Shown one piece after another: positions 15,661 to 32,096 of a stretch of DNA of 64,000 bases (position 1 is its first letter; the number at the start of each line of letters is the position of its first letter). Origin of the DNA: Eledone cirrhosa. Taxonomy: Eukaryota. The notes beneath the pieces were generated by a model. The model worked only from the letters and a program-made list of their open reading frames with translations, had not been told where the DNA came from and did not search any database. Both the position numbers and the translations under genes were made by a program. The DNA is taken from the NCBI GenBank assembly GCA_964016885.1, contig OZ024741.1, positions 376,278,001 through 376,342,000 on the forward strand, read 5' to 3'.

Positions 15661-17838
15661 AATTTACTAAGATAGACATATTTATATTTTACTTGAAACG
15701 TTTACTCTTTCACATATTTTGTAAAATGAACAATCCTCTGTGACTATTATATTGATATCTATATAAAGAAATAGTTTTGATAACTTACTTGAGATATTTA
15801 TTTGGTGTAAATGTTGTGTTGTAACCCTATTGCTTACAGAATATTTTATAACATATAATGTTCAATTTTATCAAATACTTCTAAAGTAAAAGAATTTGCC
15901 TTCAACGCTGTTTTGAAATAACATCCTGATGCAAAGAATTGGAATCCTTGACCTCGTGCGATAGAATAGAATATAACCTTGTGGTCGACCAAATTTGATT
16001 TTCGGATGAAAAGAATTTTGCTTATTTAGGCCTCAAATAATTTAAAGAAATTTATTCATCAACTAAATAGATTAATTATGAATCCCAAAATCTTAGTGAC
16101 AGATCAAAAGCTTCTTTACACGTAAGCTCTAAACATGCCGAATAGTTAGAATGTAAGCAAAAACACCATCCTTTATTTATTCCCGATGTCTGAGATCTGA
16201 GATAAGATCTCAACAAGGTCAACTTTGGTTTTCATTCTTTCGACAAAATAAAGTACAATTCAAAGGAGAGAAATTGGCGGGATTGTTACCGCTTCGGGCA
16301 AGTTTCTTTGCAGTATTTCTTCTAGATCTTAGCATTCTCAGGTCGTAGGTGATAAATTTCATGTCATTCGGCTTAAGACTAATATCTTGGCCTTGAGTGC
16401 CTTTAAGTGAGTTCAATCCGGTAGAAGCATTCGGCACAAGTCTCTGATTTAAGAATAATTTTCTTCGTTCGTTCTATTATTTGCAGAGGTCCTGAAAAAT
16501 ATAATCTTATATAGCACTACTCTTCCCTCTTAGGTTAAGTACTAAACAAAAATCATATATTTATAATAAGACAGCTCGAATATAAAAAAGATGAACTACG
16601 CTTTCCAATTATATAGATTATTATTATTTTCCCCATGTCAACCCAAACTGAGCGTCCCTATGATCAACTCAAAACGGCAAGAGAAATTATTAGACATAAC
16701 AAGGAATTTATTCTTTCATGCGAAATATCAACTCATTTGCCCTCAACTCTCCATAATATAAATAATGATACACAGGAATTCAAATATTGCAAAATGTTAT
16801 ATTTTAAGTTAGTGGGAAATCGATTGAATGGATTGTATTATACATTTCGTACATATTTTATAAACACATGCGGAATAAGCAGTTTAGAAACTCGAGTACA
16901 ATACACCCAACTCTGATCGAGCAAGTATGTGGCCAAAGGCATTGAAAACTTGGGTATACTGTATTCTATACAAATAGTTCTCATCTAAGGCTACATTATT
17001 CAGTGCTTTAAATACGTCTAAAGGAGTAATAATTTCTGAATTAATTGATTGCTATTTTTAGCTGATCGAACAAAAGCAAAAATATTTCCCTATAGCTTGG
17101 TTTAGAAAGCATGTTACCAGGTGCTCTAAAAATATTATCATTTCACCAACATCATTAAGCAATGAGAAATTTGGGGTTTGAGAGGAAATTCGGCTGTTAG
17201 TTACAGCAAACGAGTGACCGTGTGAATATTTACATATTTGACTAGGTGGTCTACTGCCTCTATCTTCAAGAGGGAAGGGATTGAGAACTTTCTTCATATC
17301 CTTATAAACACTAACGGAATAAAAAATAATATAAAACGGACGCTGTCCCGCACTACTCTCTTTATCATATTATAGATACTTCCCGTGAGCTTACATTCCA
17401 AGTACTCATTATCAAATGTCCTCTTCTTATTTTTTGCGGTATACTGGGTGATTTGAAACATGCGCCGAAAAACCAACTAAAGATTCTATGATTGCCTAAT
17501 ATTTAGTTAATTTTGTAATTGCAGTATATAATGCAGTGTATGATCTATTCGAAAATATATGTAGCTGACAATGGAAACCGGAGCTTAGCTTTGGGATTCG
17601 ATTTAGTTGTATAATATTGATGAATTACATATTGCAATATTAATACTTAGCATTATTATAGCCAGCTAGGAGTCCAGGGAATTAAGTTATATTTGTTGAT
17701 TCAATTTGAACATTACTTAGATTACTATTGCAATAATAAATCAAATACACGTACGTATAAATGTTTTCAAACACGTTGATGACGTTGTTGGTGGGATAGA
17801 CATAAAATTTCTAACATCCTTTCTTATTGAAAGTCATT

Positions 17839-18078
<240 letters not shown>

Positions 18079-18082
<4 letters not shown>

Positions 18083-18702
18083 TCGCAGGAATCAAAGCTA
18101 TGTTCAAAGCATTTATTAGCTTACAATTGCTTCATCCAAACCGAGGCTTGGATTCTTCGGAGCATTTTACAATGTTTGTATACATACATGACCTCCTTTC
18201 CAACGCAAGAGACATACAGATATATATGTATATATTGATGTACAGTGGGTTAGATATATTATATTAATTCTGAATGGGCAATTTAAATTCAAAAATTAAA
18301 ACATATTAAAACAGAATCAAAGCAAAATTAAAATTAAAATACAACATCAATGCAATTTTAAAATATAATCGGCAGTTAACGTAGATAATGTAAGAGGATG
18401 TATGTCTCTTGCGTTGGAAAGGAGGTAATGTATGTATAAAAACATTGTAAAATGCTCCGAAGACACCAAGCCTCGGTTTTGATGAAACAATTATAAGCTA
18501 ATAAATGCTTTGAACATAGCTTTGATTCCTGTGAATTCTATATAACTGCTCTGTAGAACAACTGATGTTATTACATTGAGCTATTTATCTTACTGGTAAT
18601 AAGGTAGTAATAAATTACTGTCTTTCACTGTTTAGGGTTTAAAATATATATAACTATAAAATGTTTTAGTATATACATAACCATAAATAGTATCCTTAAT
18701 AC

Positions 18703-18705
<3 letters not shown>
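18079..18705 (+). mobile_element. PLE pLTR fold-back (arms 18079-18218 and 18399-18538, tail to 18705) in (TA)n
   Basis: ~140-bp inverted arms, each carrying a minimal HHR motif. Confidence 0.7.
18454..18498 (+). ncRNA. Minimal type I hammerhead motif (second copy at 18119-18163, minus)
   Basis: Consensus of the two arms: gct-CCGAAGA-atccaa/gcctcggt/ttggat-GAAA-caattg-TA-agc, with a palindromic helix III. Each individual copy carries a defect. Confidence 0.65.
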
Positions 18706-18773
<68 letters not shown>

Positions 18774-18779
18774 ATATAT

Positions 18780-18971
18780 AGGAACCAGTAAGACCCCGAC
18801 AGCTGAGCTCAAGCCGTTTCGACGGCTAATTCTGGACAGAATTAGCCGTCGAAACGGCTTGAGCTCAGCTGCCGGGGTCTTACTGGTTCCTATTACCCAC
18901 TCTACTACCTCAAGTATTGAGTACTTTGGTGCGTTATGGTCCACCTGGTTCCTTATCACATTTCCTTCGTT
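18780..18971 (+). mobile_element. Short fold-back element, family S (near-perfect hairpin, ~55-bp stem)
   Basis: ggaaccagtaagacccc...ctggacag...ggggtcttactggttcc plus the shared tail; (TA)n flanks. Confidence 0.75.
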
Positions 18972-18978
18972 ATATATA

Positions 18979-19034
<56 letters not shown>

Positions 19035-19137
19035 ATATTTCCGTGTTTACGCGGCAATCTTTGTATTTCAATACTACGCATTGTGACTGCTCTATTTACC
19101 ATCATGACCAGCCAGCTGATTGCCCACGGACCTCTAA

Positions 19138-19176
<39 letters not shown>

Positions 19177-19189
19177 GCACCCCCCCCAC

Positions 19190-19221
<32 letters not shown>

Positions 19222-19224
<3 letters not shown>

Positions 19225-19363
19225 TGGAGGCAGTAAAACCCAGTTAGATAATTACTCACCAGAGTACTCTATATTTGGCGTAGCAAAGTGGGTAATGTGA
19301 AAAATTCGGGACCCCGAAGGCTGCGCTCCGGCCGTCTCAACAGCAAGGTCAAAATTTCTCCAT
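19222..19363 (-). mobile_element. Family S copy without fold-back (diverged)
   Basis: Reverse complement contains cggccggagc...cggggtcccgaatttttcacattacccac...gagtactctggtg. Confidence 0.55.
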
Positions 19364-19375
19364 ATGTATATATGA

Positions 19376-19510
<135 letters not shown>

Positions 19511-19591
19511 CTTTGATAGCTTTTATAGATTTTGGCCAGCATTAGCCCAGGTCATGTCTGACTTAATAGAACCACCTGGCAATATACGTAT

Positions 19592-19629
<38 letters not shown>

Positions 19630-19641
19630 GTATATATATGC

Positions 19642-19678
<37 letters not shown>

Positions 19679-20189
19679 TATATAAAGAAAAAAAATGAAA
19701 TCGAAAATGCAACTGGAGACTTATTTAAAAAAAAAATATATATTTATTTGGTTCCTTTACCGGTTTCGCAGTTCTTCTGCTTTTCAAAAGTAGAGTTGAG
19801 ATGGAGAGTCTGTGATTTTTCACACACACTCAGACACACACACACATACACACACATATATATATATATATATATATCCCTGTGACTCAGAAGCGCATTC
19901 GCATTCGCAGGAGTCTAGCCTCGTATTTCTATATAAATAGAAAGGGTGAAATTGTGGGTCTAACTGTATATACAAACAAACAAATAAATAAACGCTATGC
20001 TGACCATATTGAATACATTTCTCTTTTTTGTTATATCCATCTATATACCAGTCCTCCTCAAGATACATTCTATGTGACATATGACTATTCGCAGATACGG
20101 CCGCTAATATTTCCCCTCGTGGCGCACATTTATTCTTTGTCTACGTCATGTTTAATGAGAAACGTAACCTCATCAACAGGGTTTTACAC

Positions 20190-21145
20190 AACACAACGGA
20201 ACCCACTATGATCGAGGAACGTGAGGCCGCCTGCGAGACCTGGAACCTGTTTGGACTGCCTCCAGTAGAAGTCAGTCCTTTACCCCTGTAGTCGTCAAAT
20301 CCCCCAGAGCATATGGGATGCCACCAAGTGCGACATGGCCTCGGGCAGCCTAGCACGTCAGCTCGACCAGCACCACCTCGTAACGCCACATCGGTGCCTG
20401 GCCCAATGCATTACCCACCTTTTCGACTGGCACACAGCTGGATAATGATAGCTTGTGAATCGGAGTTTCTCTGAGGCTCGCCGTCCAGATCTGCGAGCCA
20501 AACAAATGTCGCTGCTGATCGATCGTGGAATCTTTCGGCCTCTACTCACTGTCATATGGCTACAGCACCAATCGCCTTCACGCCATGCTGCTATCAACGA
20601 ATTCATAAGGTTGGCTTGGATGCTGCAGGCTTTCCTTCCCAGCTCTAGCCAGTGGGGCTGGACTGAGGGAACGGCAAAAGCCAGACGGTATGACAATCTT
20701 CCCTTTCTGTGGTGGGAAACCCCTCATCTAGGATGCCACATGCAGCTACACTTTCTCCAGTGGCAACATGGTGCAGTCTGCGACTAATCCAGACTCTGCT
20801 GCACGTCTGGCTGATAAGAGTAAACACTTCAAATATTAGTCGCTCTCCAAAATGTTTGCGGCCGAGCCTGTAGCAATGGAGACTTCCGGTGTTCTTGGCC
20901 CTAGTATCACCACCATCGGCACATAGTTGGCTACCTGCAGGTCTGAGCTTCCCGAGCTGGAATAGCTCTTCCAGTGTGTTTCCATCACCATCCTCCGGGG
21001 AAACGCTTTCTCCATTCTGTCCACTGGGGCCTCGAGCCAGCCAGCGCATGGGACGCCATTTGCTCACAATAGTGAAAGATGGGGAGAGCGGAATAGACGG
21101 AGGCAGTGACAGTGGGAGATTGGTTCTATTGTGTTCGGATCTGGT
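20190..21145 (-). mobile_element. Degenerate RLE-type non-LTR retrotransposon 3' part (HERO/NeSL-like)
   Basis: GC-rich island with frameshifted remnants resembling TLEH, KIVI..LxVP..RK and GWxC..TVEVGARGF. Heavily decayed. Confidence 0.45.
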
Positions 21146-21373
21146 ATATATTTATATATTTATTTACCACACTGAAATAAACCTCATTTATATTATACAA
21201 CTTCACAGTTGAGAGGAAATGCGTCTAGCTGTGACGATGATTAATGAAACAATTCATCTAAGATAGCATCAGATTTTCGTAACCATGGGAATATAGATGT
21301 TAAAGAGAAACAAACAAACAGAAAAAAAACTTTGTTCCGATATCACTTATACTTTTCCCCCCTGCTGCAATAC

Positions 21374-22449
21374 TATTGGATTGAGTCATAAATAATTTTC
21401 GCTTTTTTAAATGCAAGTTGTAACTACACATTTAAAACTTCCAATATTTTAAACGTAACCGGAAATTACCTGATATGAGAGAGTCTTCATCGGTCATTTT
21501 TATTTTATTAGTAATTTAATCTATAATTTCACGCCCCTAACATAGAGGAACTGAAAGTGTAAATTCGTTACATAATGTGGGAGTTCACAAATAACAAAAA
21601 CGCTACAGAAACAGCTAAGAATCTTTGTAGTGTTTATGGCTAAGTTGACATTATTGAACGCCGAGTCTAAAACTGGATTGGTGGAATGCAATCCGCGTAA
21701 ATGTAATCTAGAATTAGCAATTGACCCCAACACTTCCCAATCTACAATCTACCGCCACTTGGAATAGATAGGAAAAGTGAGCAAGCTCTGCAATTGGGTT
21801 CTTTATACTTTTAGTGAGAAGAATAAGGAGGATCGCATATCCATAGCGACAAGTGTTCTTTCAAGGCAGATAAATAACCCATTTCTCAAGAATATCATTA
21901 CAGGTGGTGAGAAACGGGTCTTTTATGACAATGTTCAACGCAAACGGTAGTGGATTGCCATGGATAAATCAGCTTACCCCCAAAAGCAGAAGTTGATGGA
22001 AGAAAAGTTATGCTGTGATTCTGGTGGGATAAACGCTGTATTATTCATTTTGAGTTTTAAAATCGCTATCAGACACTCAATGCAGATTTATACTCTCGAC
22101 AGCTGCAACGTATGCCTGAAAATCTAAGAAAACGCCCTGCACTCATCAACAGGAGAAACATTGTGCTTCTCCATGATAACGCAAAGCCACACTGAGCAAG
22201 AATCACACAGGAAAAATATAATGGATTTAGGCTGGTCTGTTCTACTGCATACACCATATTCACCAGGCCTTGCACCAAACAAGTTTTATCTTTTTCGTTC
22301 ACTTCAAAATGCTCTGATTGTCAAAAGATTTTCTCAAGAAAATCAGGTGAAAACGTTTGGGGAAAAACTATTGCACTCGAAATGGTAAGAGAAGATTCAA
22401 AATAATGGCGAATATACTATTGATTGAAAATATGTGACTCAACCCGATA
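21374..22449 (+). mobile_element. Decayed mariner (DD34D) transposon
   Basis: Remnants WV.YT...FLKNIITGGEK, HDNAKPH and HTPYSPGLAPNKFYLFRSLQN; TIR-like ends tattggattgagtcata / tgtgactcaacccgata. Confidence 0.8.
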
Positions 22450-22974
22450 CATCCGCACACTCACCTGTCAACGTACAGTATCATCTTCACGTATCCACAT
22501 CACTAAAATGTTTAACAACATCACTACGCCTTCCTCCACCGTTTCTCTTTCTAATTTGCAGTTTAATACATAACATAAAAAGATCAGAAGAGATAGAGTT
22601 AATTCTGTTGTTTGTTTCAGTACTACTTAAACTTATGAGAAATTGCTGCAAGATAAATACATAAAACTAAAAAGTGACACAAATTACATAATAGTGTTGG
22701 TACCTTCAAATTAACAAAGAATAATCTCCTTTAGATAAATAAGTAACAAATTAACGCCGTCAGAATTGCATTAATTACGTTATCAACTTTTTAATATATT
22801 TATAATATACCCCGTTATTCTGCCTGTCTTATATTTCAAGTCTAGCGATTACTGTTATCTGCCAATGACAATATTTAATTAACTTAGGGCGATATGTTGC
22901 GCAGAAACTTTCGGCATTCTATATTCAGATGATTTCATTTTAGCAATTTGCCTGGATATATCGAAGTAAATACC

Positions 22975-25275
<2,301 letters not shown>

Positions 25276-25699
25276 ATTTGTTAAAACACATTTCGTATAT
25301 AGACAGATTGATTATTTCAAACTTGGTTTCATTTTGTTAATTAATGTAAACTTTTTGTTTGTAAACACAAGAAAATACATTTCTGTCGTGAAAGAATTAG
25401 ATTAATCCTTTTTGTATTTTAAATCGCAAGAAAATTATCGCAACTGTTTCTAAGTAGCATGTAGAATATTGTTGCATTCATATGTGTGTACAGAACAGTA
25501 GATAAAAACAACAAATAAACAAACAACAATAACAGTAACAGCATATTTCACTATACTTATACTTTCGTTAATATTTACATTCCTGAAGCGGAAATAACAA
25601 TGATGTAATTTTCTGTTAACAGTTCAACACTGCTTGCGTAATTTTCTTCAGAGACAATGTCGGAACCCATTTTATGTAAAGTACCCACGGGACCTGGGA

Positions 25700-26120
25700 T
25701 ACCAGAACTAGTTCAAACCAATGTTTCTATAATTTCGTATTTGCATCAAATATCAAATATTAAAACAATATGAAGTTTATTCTGAATTCTCCATGAAAAC
25801 TGGTGTTAATCAAAGCTCTGAATTCACACCAACACTGTATCTGTATCAGTGAGCTGCTCAACATTACCAGACGTAGACGAATTACATCAATTGTCATCTC
25901 AAGCGTACTAAAATATACGGTCATATAAAAAGGCCAACGCATGGTGTGAGTAAGTCATACCTGGAAGTAAGGATGGCTTGTAAGAGACGCAGAGGCCGGC
26001 AGCCAAAGCGATGGTTTGATAATGTCAACCTATGGACTGGACTTGATCTTTGCTCTTTAAATTCTGCTGTTGGTGATCGAACTTTATAGAGAAAAAATAT
26101 TTCATGGTGATGCACAGTCT
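25700..26120 (+). mobile_element. Decayed RTE LINE 3' fragment
   Basis: Remnants GHIKR...KRRRGRQPKRWFDNVNLWTGL. Confidence 0.55.
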
Positions 26121-26189
26121 GCGACTGGCAGAGTTTAGCGTCAACGTAGTAAATGTGGGGGTATTGACGGAATTGCTTAAGAATCAGAT

Positions 26190-26585
26190 AAAAGGCCATT
26201 GCGGTATCTTTTCTCGTTCATTACATTCTGAGTTTAAATCCCACTAACACCAGCTTTGCATTTCCTCATTCCGGGGACGATAAACGTATCAGTCAAATAC
26301 TAGGATTGATTCACTCAACTTTGTTCTTCCCTCAAATTTGCTGGGTTTTTACCTGAATCAGAAATCAATATATTTGACGGCTATGCGCGATGGATTAGCA
26401 GAATTGGTAGAGCGTCTCATAAAATAACATTGTGGTATGTGCTCAAATTCCGCGACGTTCAAAATTGCCTTTCATCGTTCCGGGAGGGATACAATAATGC
26501 ACACGTTAAGTATTGCGGTTGGTTTAATCAACCTTGCCCTTCGTTTATACATGCTGGCATCGTCGTCTACAACAGAAATCAATAT
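26190..26585 (+). mobile_element. Two old diverged SINE copies in tandem
   Basis: B-box-like gagtttaaatccc, cores gcatttcctcattccggggacgataa and gcctttcatcgttccgggag; both end in gaaatcaatata. Confidence 0.5.
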
Positions 26586-28331
26586 ATATGTTTGTGAATC
26601 CAAATATATTGTTACTAAGCAATACCGATACAATGCGTGAGTTTTCAATCTATGAGGCAAAATGCAATATTCCCCTGAAAATGCTGCTCCATCTATAACA
26701 ATATTGCATCTAAAAACTGTATCCAATGTATCCTTTAAGGATATGCTTGGTGTCAGATTCGGTCCCACTATCCGCTTGGAACAGAAGTTACTATCCACGA
26801 GAAATTAATCGAAGAAAGTTCATCTTTTATCTATCTCGGCAGTATCTTATCCAACGTCAAAAACCGACTACGAACAGCACACAGAGCCGTCTTGTATAGT
26901 TCATACTGTGACTGTTGCAACAGTCACTTATAACGTACAAGTTACAATTGTGGGAATCAACTCAGTGGAGAAGCAATAGAGGAAGATCTCCTCGAACATT
27001 AATCGATCAACTCTCAGACGAAGCAAACCTTAGGAGCTTTGGCTAGGACCATTGGAAGTCGCAAATTATAGAGAAAGTTTGTCAGTAATGTTTAACTGAG
27101 GTCCCAAGGATAATGATATAAGCAGCGTACGGATATCAAATGCGGTTACTTGATAGATGTCATCAAGTAATATTCTATGATTCAGTCAGAACTTCGAATG
27201 GTATGATTATGTCACAAACAATGGCAGATATGCACGAAAGCTATATGAACATCCAAACCATCATTAACATGCGATGGATATCACACGTGTAAAAAATAAT
27301 GCGAGAAAAAAGAATTCTGAAGCCGATCCTGTAGCTTGAGTTTACAGAAAATCACTGATAAACAGTTGGTTCCAAAACATTTGTTCAGTTCTCCGTCTAT
27401 AGGATGGGAAAAGGTATCTTAATATCAGGATTATAGGAGGTATGTCAATAGATACTTAGCTGCGAATCGAATGCAGCACGGCAAAATTGAAGAAACACTA
27501 AAATCATTAATGGCATCTCAGGATTAACACACGTACACATACATAGTCTCCAATAGCGTCTCTCACACATACACAGACTCATACAGACAAATTTGCAATA
27601 ACACACATATACACGAAACCATAACGGCCCCGGGTACATGTACTGGGTTAAATTAAATAAATCTTCCTTTCCCCCAAATTGTTAGATTTCAACCGTTGTA
27701 CAGAAAAAGTTGGTAAATCATAGAATGTATATTCACTAGAAAACATGTTACGGTCTTTGATTAAACTTTTACTTCTCAGTTCGAACCCATCCGATGGCAA
27801 TCCTGATTAATCGATGCCTGCTCGATAAATCATTGACAATCGTTCCTAATCGGCTATATACATTTGCACTAAATCGACAACACGAATGCGTGACCCTGTT
27901 CGAGATTTCGAAATCGATAATTGTTCTTGTGTAGGTGCACTGTGGCACATTACATTTTCTTCAGAATACTATCTATTCAATATACATTAATCCGATGGGA
28001 TTTCTAAATTGCGACTATGGCGTCAATCTTTAATTAAGCTACAATAATTATACGATTCATAGATATCTTTTCTACATTTCTGAGCAAACATAATTGCAGC
28101 AAAGCAGCAGAAAATGGTTGCATTTGCTTCAAAGATAGACAATATAAATTGTTAGCCATTGATAAAAGGTGGGAGTCTTTGATTAATCGAAGTGCATGCA
28201 TCCACAGGCAATGTCTCCCGGTTCATATATAATTAGACACAAAATCTGATAGTTAATTGTTATTGTATTGGTACCGGCTATAAATATACATATACATATA
28301 CATACACGTCTACGTATATATATATACAAAG

Positions 28332-28377
<46 letters not shown>

Positions 28378-28453
28378 TTATACATATATACATATAAGTA
28401 AACGTAAACACCTACCCACCCCAAAATATACATACATGCACACACACACACAA

Positions 28454-28523
<70 letters not shown>

Positions 28524-29012
28524 CATATATATACACACATGCTCAGTAGACAATTAACGGAGAAACTAACATTCCTCATTAGCTGACGATCTGCCTACGT
28601 CATTATTACTACACCAAGAATATTCAGTAAAGTAGCAATGTTACACATACATTTGTAGATTTCATATACAAAATTATCATAAAATGTTCGAATCCCGCCG
28701 ATATCTATGTACGAATTAATCAACGCAAGATATTTACATCAATATGAATAAGGACAAACACCTACTCTCTCTCTCCCTCTCTCTCTCGTTCTCACCGACT
28801 CCCCATGCGCACACGCACATTTAATGTTTGCATATAATTCATTTATTTTCTCTGTATTTTGATATGTGGTCATGTCTATGCAATATATTAAAGCAGTGAA
28901 CGTCCACAAACCATAAAGGAGTTGTCGCTGCTATGAATTTATGTCTCTGTGATGTATATAAATAGCAATAATGTAGCAATAATGTAGCCTATAAAATAAG
29001 ATTTATCTCACA

Positions 29013-29060
<48 letters not shown>

Positions 29061-29245
29061 CTTTTCCTCTCGCTCCTCTTTCTCTCTCTTTCTCTCCCTC
29101 TCTCTCTCTTTCTCTTTCTCTCTCTCTCTATATATATATATTCAGACATACATACATAGATATATACATGCAAAGGTATATATTATACCCCCCTCTCCAT
29201 TCACTCACACACATACACACACACACACATATATATATATACATA

Positions 29246-29318
<73 letters not shown>

Positions 29319-29412
29319 GTCGAACACTGGAAGGTAATATCCGTAGTGGTAGAGCACTCAGTCCATGGGACGAGTTAGGTAGAAGTGGTTACACAACAGT
29401 TAGTTCACCATA

Positions 29413-29452
29413 CCGAGAACAATTGTTTCACCTTACCGGATCCTCAGCTCGG
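29413..29452 (-). ncRNA. Minimal type I hammerhead ribozyme
   Basis: ccgag-CTGAGGA-tccggtaaggt-GAAA-caattg-TT-ctcgg: 5-bp helix I, palindromic helix III, GUU triplet. The plus copy at 30914-30953 has core mutations (CTGTGGA; U16.1 to C). Confidence 0.75.
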
Positions 29453-29938
29453 AATGAGCATGGTTATTGGAACAGGAAGGACAACCGTACGAACGTGCAT
29501 GCGCAGAAACCCGGGCAATACTAGACTGCGTACGAGAGGTGTAAGGGAGATAACTGCGAAAGTTCGAAAATGGTTTTAGGTTGAAAATAAAATTACAAAG
29601 AATCAGTCCGCAGCCTTGTAGTTATGCGATAGGTGCTTGGCGACGTGTGGTCAACGTGTAAAAAATTCATTTCTGTGTTTAGGCAATCACTATTGCGTAA
29701 TCTCTATAGAATAGGTATTCGTTCGTCAATACATAATCCACACGTCGGATTTCCCCTTGCGTATGGCTTGGACTTAGTGATGGCTTTGCATTGAATGGAG
29801 TAGTCTATACTTGAGTCCTTGAGGGACCATATGTGGCTCGCGAGTTTCGTGGATGAACGTCTGTCCGGGTACTTGAAGGTAGACTGGTGGTTCAGGAAAC
29901 GTTCCTTAAAACGGCCCTCCGCCATGCCCACATAGGAT

Positions 29939-30748
29939 ATGACCTCAATCTCAAACCTCTCCTCTAATAAGGCTATCTTTGACAGGGCGGCACCCTACTA
30001 TAACACGGCGTTGGCTAACAGCGGCTTCTCACAACCTAACACTTACTCTCCCACTAGCAGAAACACCATTAAGAAAAGTAAGCGCAACAATAGACAAACT
30101 ATCTGGTTCTTTCCTTCCTTCTCACTCAACGTTAAAACCAATGTAGGAGAAAAATGTCTAGCCCTCTTAGATAGACACTTCCCCATAGTTCATAAATACC
30201 GATCCATCTTTAACCGACACAAAATTAAACTAGGATACTCCTGCGCTAAGAACATAAAGGCCCATATCACCAGCAGCCCTAGGAGCAACACCCCACCAAG
30301 GTGCTCTTGCCGTAAGCCTGAAGCTTGCCCCCTTCAACAGCAATGCAACACACCAGCTGTAATTTATGAAGCTGTGGTCACTTCCAACCGACCAAACGAA
30401 TCACAGGAGGTCAAATCTTATGTGGGCATGGAGGAGGGCCGATTCAAGGAACGTTTCCTGAACCACCAGTCTACCTTCTGATACCCGGACAGACGTTCAT
30501 TCACGAAACTCGTGAGCCACGTATGGTCCCTCAATGACTCAAGTATAGACTACTCGATTCAATCGAAAGCCATCACTAAGTCCAAGCAATACACAAGGGG
30601 AAATCCGACGTGTGGCTTATGTATTGATGAACCAATAACTATTTTAAAGAGATTACACAATAGTGATTGCCTAAACACGAGAAATGAATTTACACGTTGT
30701 CCACACGTCGACAAACACCTATTGCATAACTACAAGGCTCCGGACTGA
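29939..30748 (+). pseudogene. PLE RT C-terminus plus GIY-YIG endonuclease (5'-truncated, one in-frame stop at 30479)
   Basis: ORFs 29939-30481 and 30512-30748 are in the same frame. Confidence 0.8.
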
Positions 30749-31008
30749 TTCTTTGTAATTTTATTTTCAACCTAAAAACTTTTCGGACTTCGCAGTTAGT
30801 TATCTCCCTTACACCTCTCGCACGGAGTCTAGTATTGCCTGTGTGAATTGACCGGGTTTCTGCGCATGCGCGTTCGTACGGTTGTCCTTCCTGTTCCTAT
30901 AACCATGCCCATTCCGAGCTGTGGATCCGCTAAGGCGAAACAATTGCTCTCGGTATGGTGAACTAACTGTTGTGTAACCACTTCTATATATATATATATT
31001 CTATTCTA

Positions 31009-31039
<31 letters not shown>

Positions 31040-31042
<3 letters not shown>

Positions 31043-31710
31043 CGGGTAAAATTCCCCAGATCCATGGATGAGTTCTCTCCAGCGGTCTCTGTCCCTCATT
31101 ATCGCTGCCATGTCCTGCGTCTCCAACAGACCAGTGTCTGTCCTTAGGGCATCAACATACGTTAACCTTGGTCTTCCTCTTCCAGTGTGTCCATGTAGGG
31201 GCTCCCACAGGAGCACTGAGTGCAATGTCATCTCTGGATATCGGTGAGCATGTCCAGCTAACCTCAGTCTCCTCTGTGTCACTTTTGAGCTGACTTTTGG
31301 GAGGCTCCCATACAGCTCTGAGTTTTTCATCCTCAGTGTATACTGATTAATGTTCAGAGCCATCTTCAGCATTCTCGTGTAGCACCCATCCACCATCTGA
31401 GTGAGTATCTTGGTCAGTGTCCAAGTCTCAGACCCGTACAGCAGCACAGACTCCACTACAGCAATGAAGAGGCAGATTTTCAGTTTTTTACGAAGTTCCG
31501 ACTCCCACACCGATCTCAAGCTGTGGCACGCCGCCCAGGCTTTGCTCTTCCTCTCAACCACATCATCTTCTGTATTCCCAATCTTTGCTCCCAAATACAG
31601 GAAGCCCTCAACCAATTCTAGTGGCTTCCCGCCTACATTAGTGATCTTCTCTGGCTTCTCAACATTCTATACCAGATATTTTGTTTTAGGATCATTCATT
31701 CTCAGCCCCA
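31040..31710 (-). mobile_element. 5'-truncated RTE-clade LINE (RT C-terminus)
   Basis: YLGAKIG...VLLYGSETWTL...RRLRLAGH...GRGRP...MRDRDRWR; ends in (TA)n. Confidence 0.85.
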
Positions 31711-31719
31711 GTAATAATA

Positions 31720-31852
31720 TATGTGAAGACTAAAATCGAAAGAGGGCTCGATAAGGATAAATATATATAAAATATATGAGAACCCTAGAGCAAATATTCA
31801 GAAGATCCCGTTCAGTGCGAAAGCAGCGATTCTTTGCTTAAACTTGAATCTG

Positions 31853-31858
<6 letters not shown>
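31720..31858. mobile_element. PLE pLTR remnant, family T (inverted tail plus HHR-bearing segment)
   Basis: Homologous to 43456-43645; CAGAAGA-tcccgttcagtgc-GAAA-gca..tgc-TT at 31799-31843. Confidence 0.6.
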
Positions 31859-31920
<62 letters not shown>

Positions 31921-32096
31921 CTACAAAAATAAACGGTAGTGTCCAATCCGTATGAAGAACTCAATGTAATCCAAATATCATGAAAAGAGAAGATGCATTC
32001 AACAATTTTCGATGAAAATACCAGGAAAACAGAGTCAAGATAAATTAATAAAAACAATGAATAAAAACAAAGAACAAGTTCCTTATATTAAAAAAT

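Larger units (their letters stand above)
29315..30985. mobile_element. Naiad-clade Penelope-like element in inverted arrangement (29315-29935 minus; 29936-30985 plus)
   Basis: RT C-terminus (SNLSSNKAIFDRAAPYY), CxC..CPL..C motif, GIY-YIG (VIYEA...YVG), CGLC and LNTRNE..CPH. Both copies end in HHR-bearing pLTR; (TA)n flanks. Confidence 0.85.

Noticed and set aside
19880-20080. Possible additional pLTR/HHR island after (TA)n
   Set aside because: A hairpin and GAAA are present, but there is no proper CUGANGA core or helix III.
20358-20696. Tyrosine-recombinase-like reading of the minus-strand ORF
   Set aside because: Frameshift-corrected motifs fit an RLE endonuclease better, and no R-H-R-Y set is present.
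30479-30481. In-frame TGA in the Naiad GIY-YIG domain as possible selenocysteine
   Set aside because: It aligns to Lys in the inverted copy, not to a conserved Cys. The motif cysteines are normal codons in both Naiads, and I recognised no SECIS.
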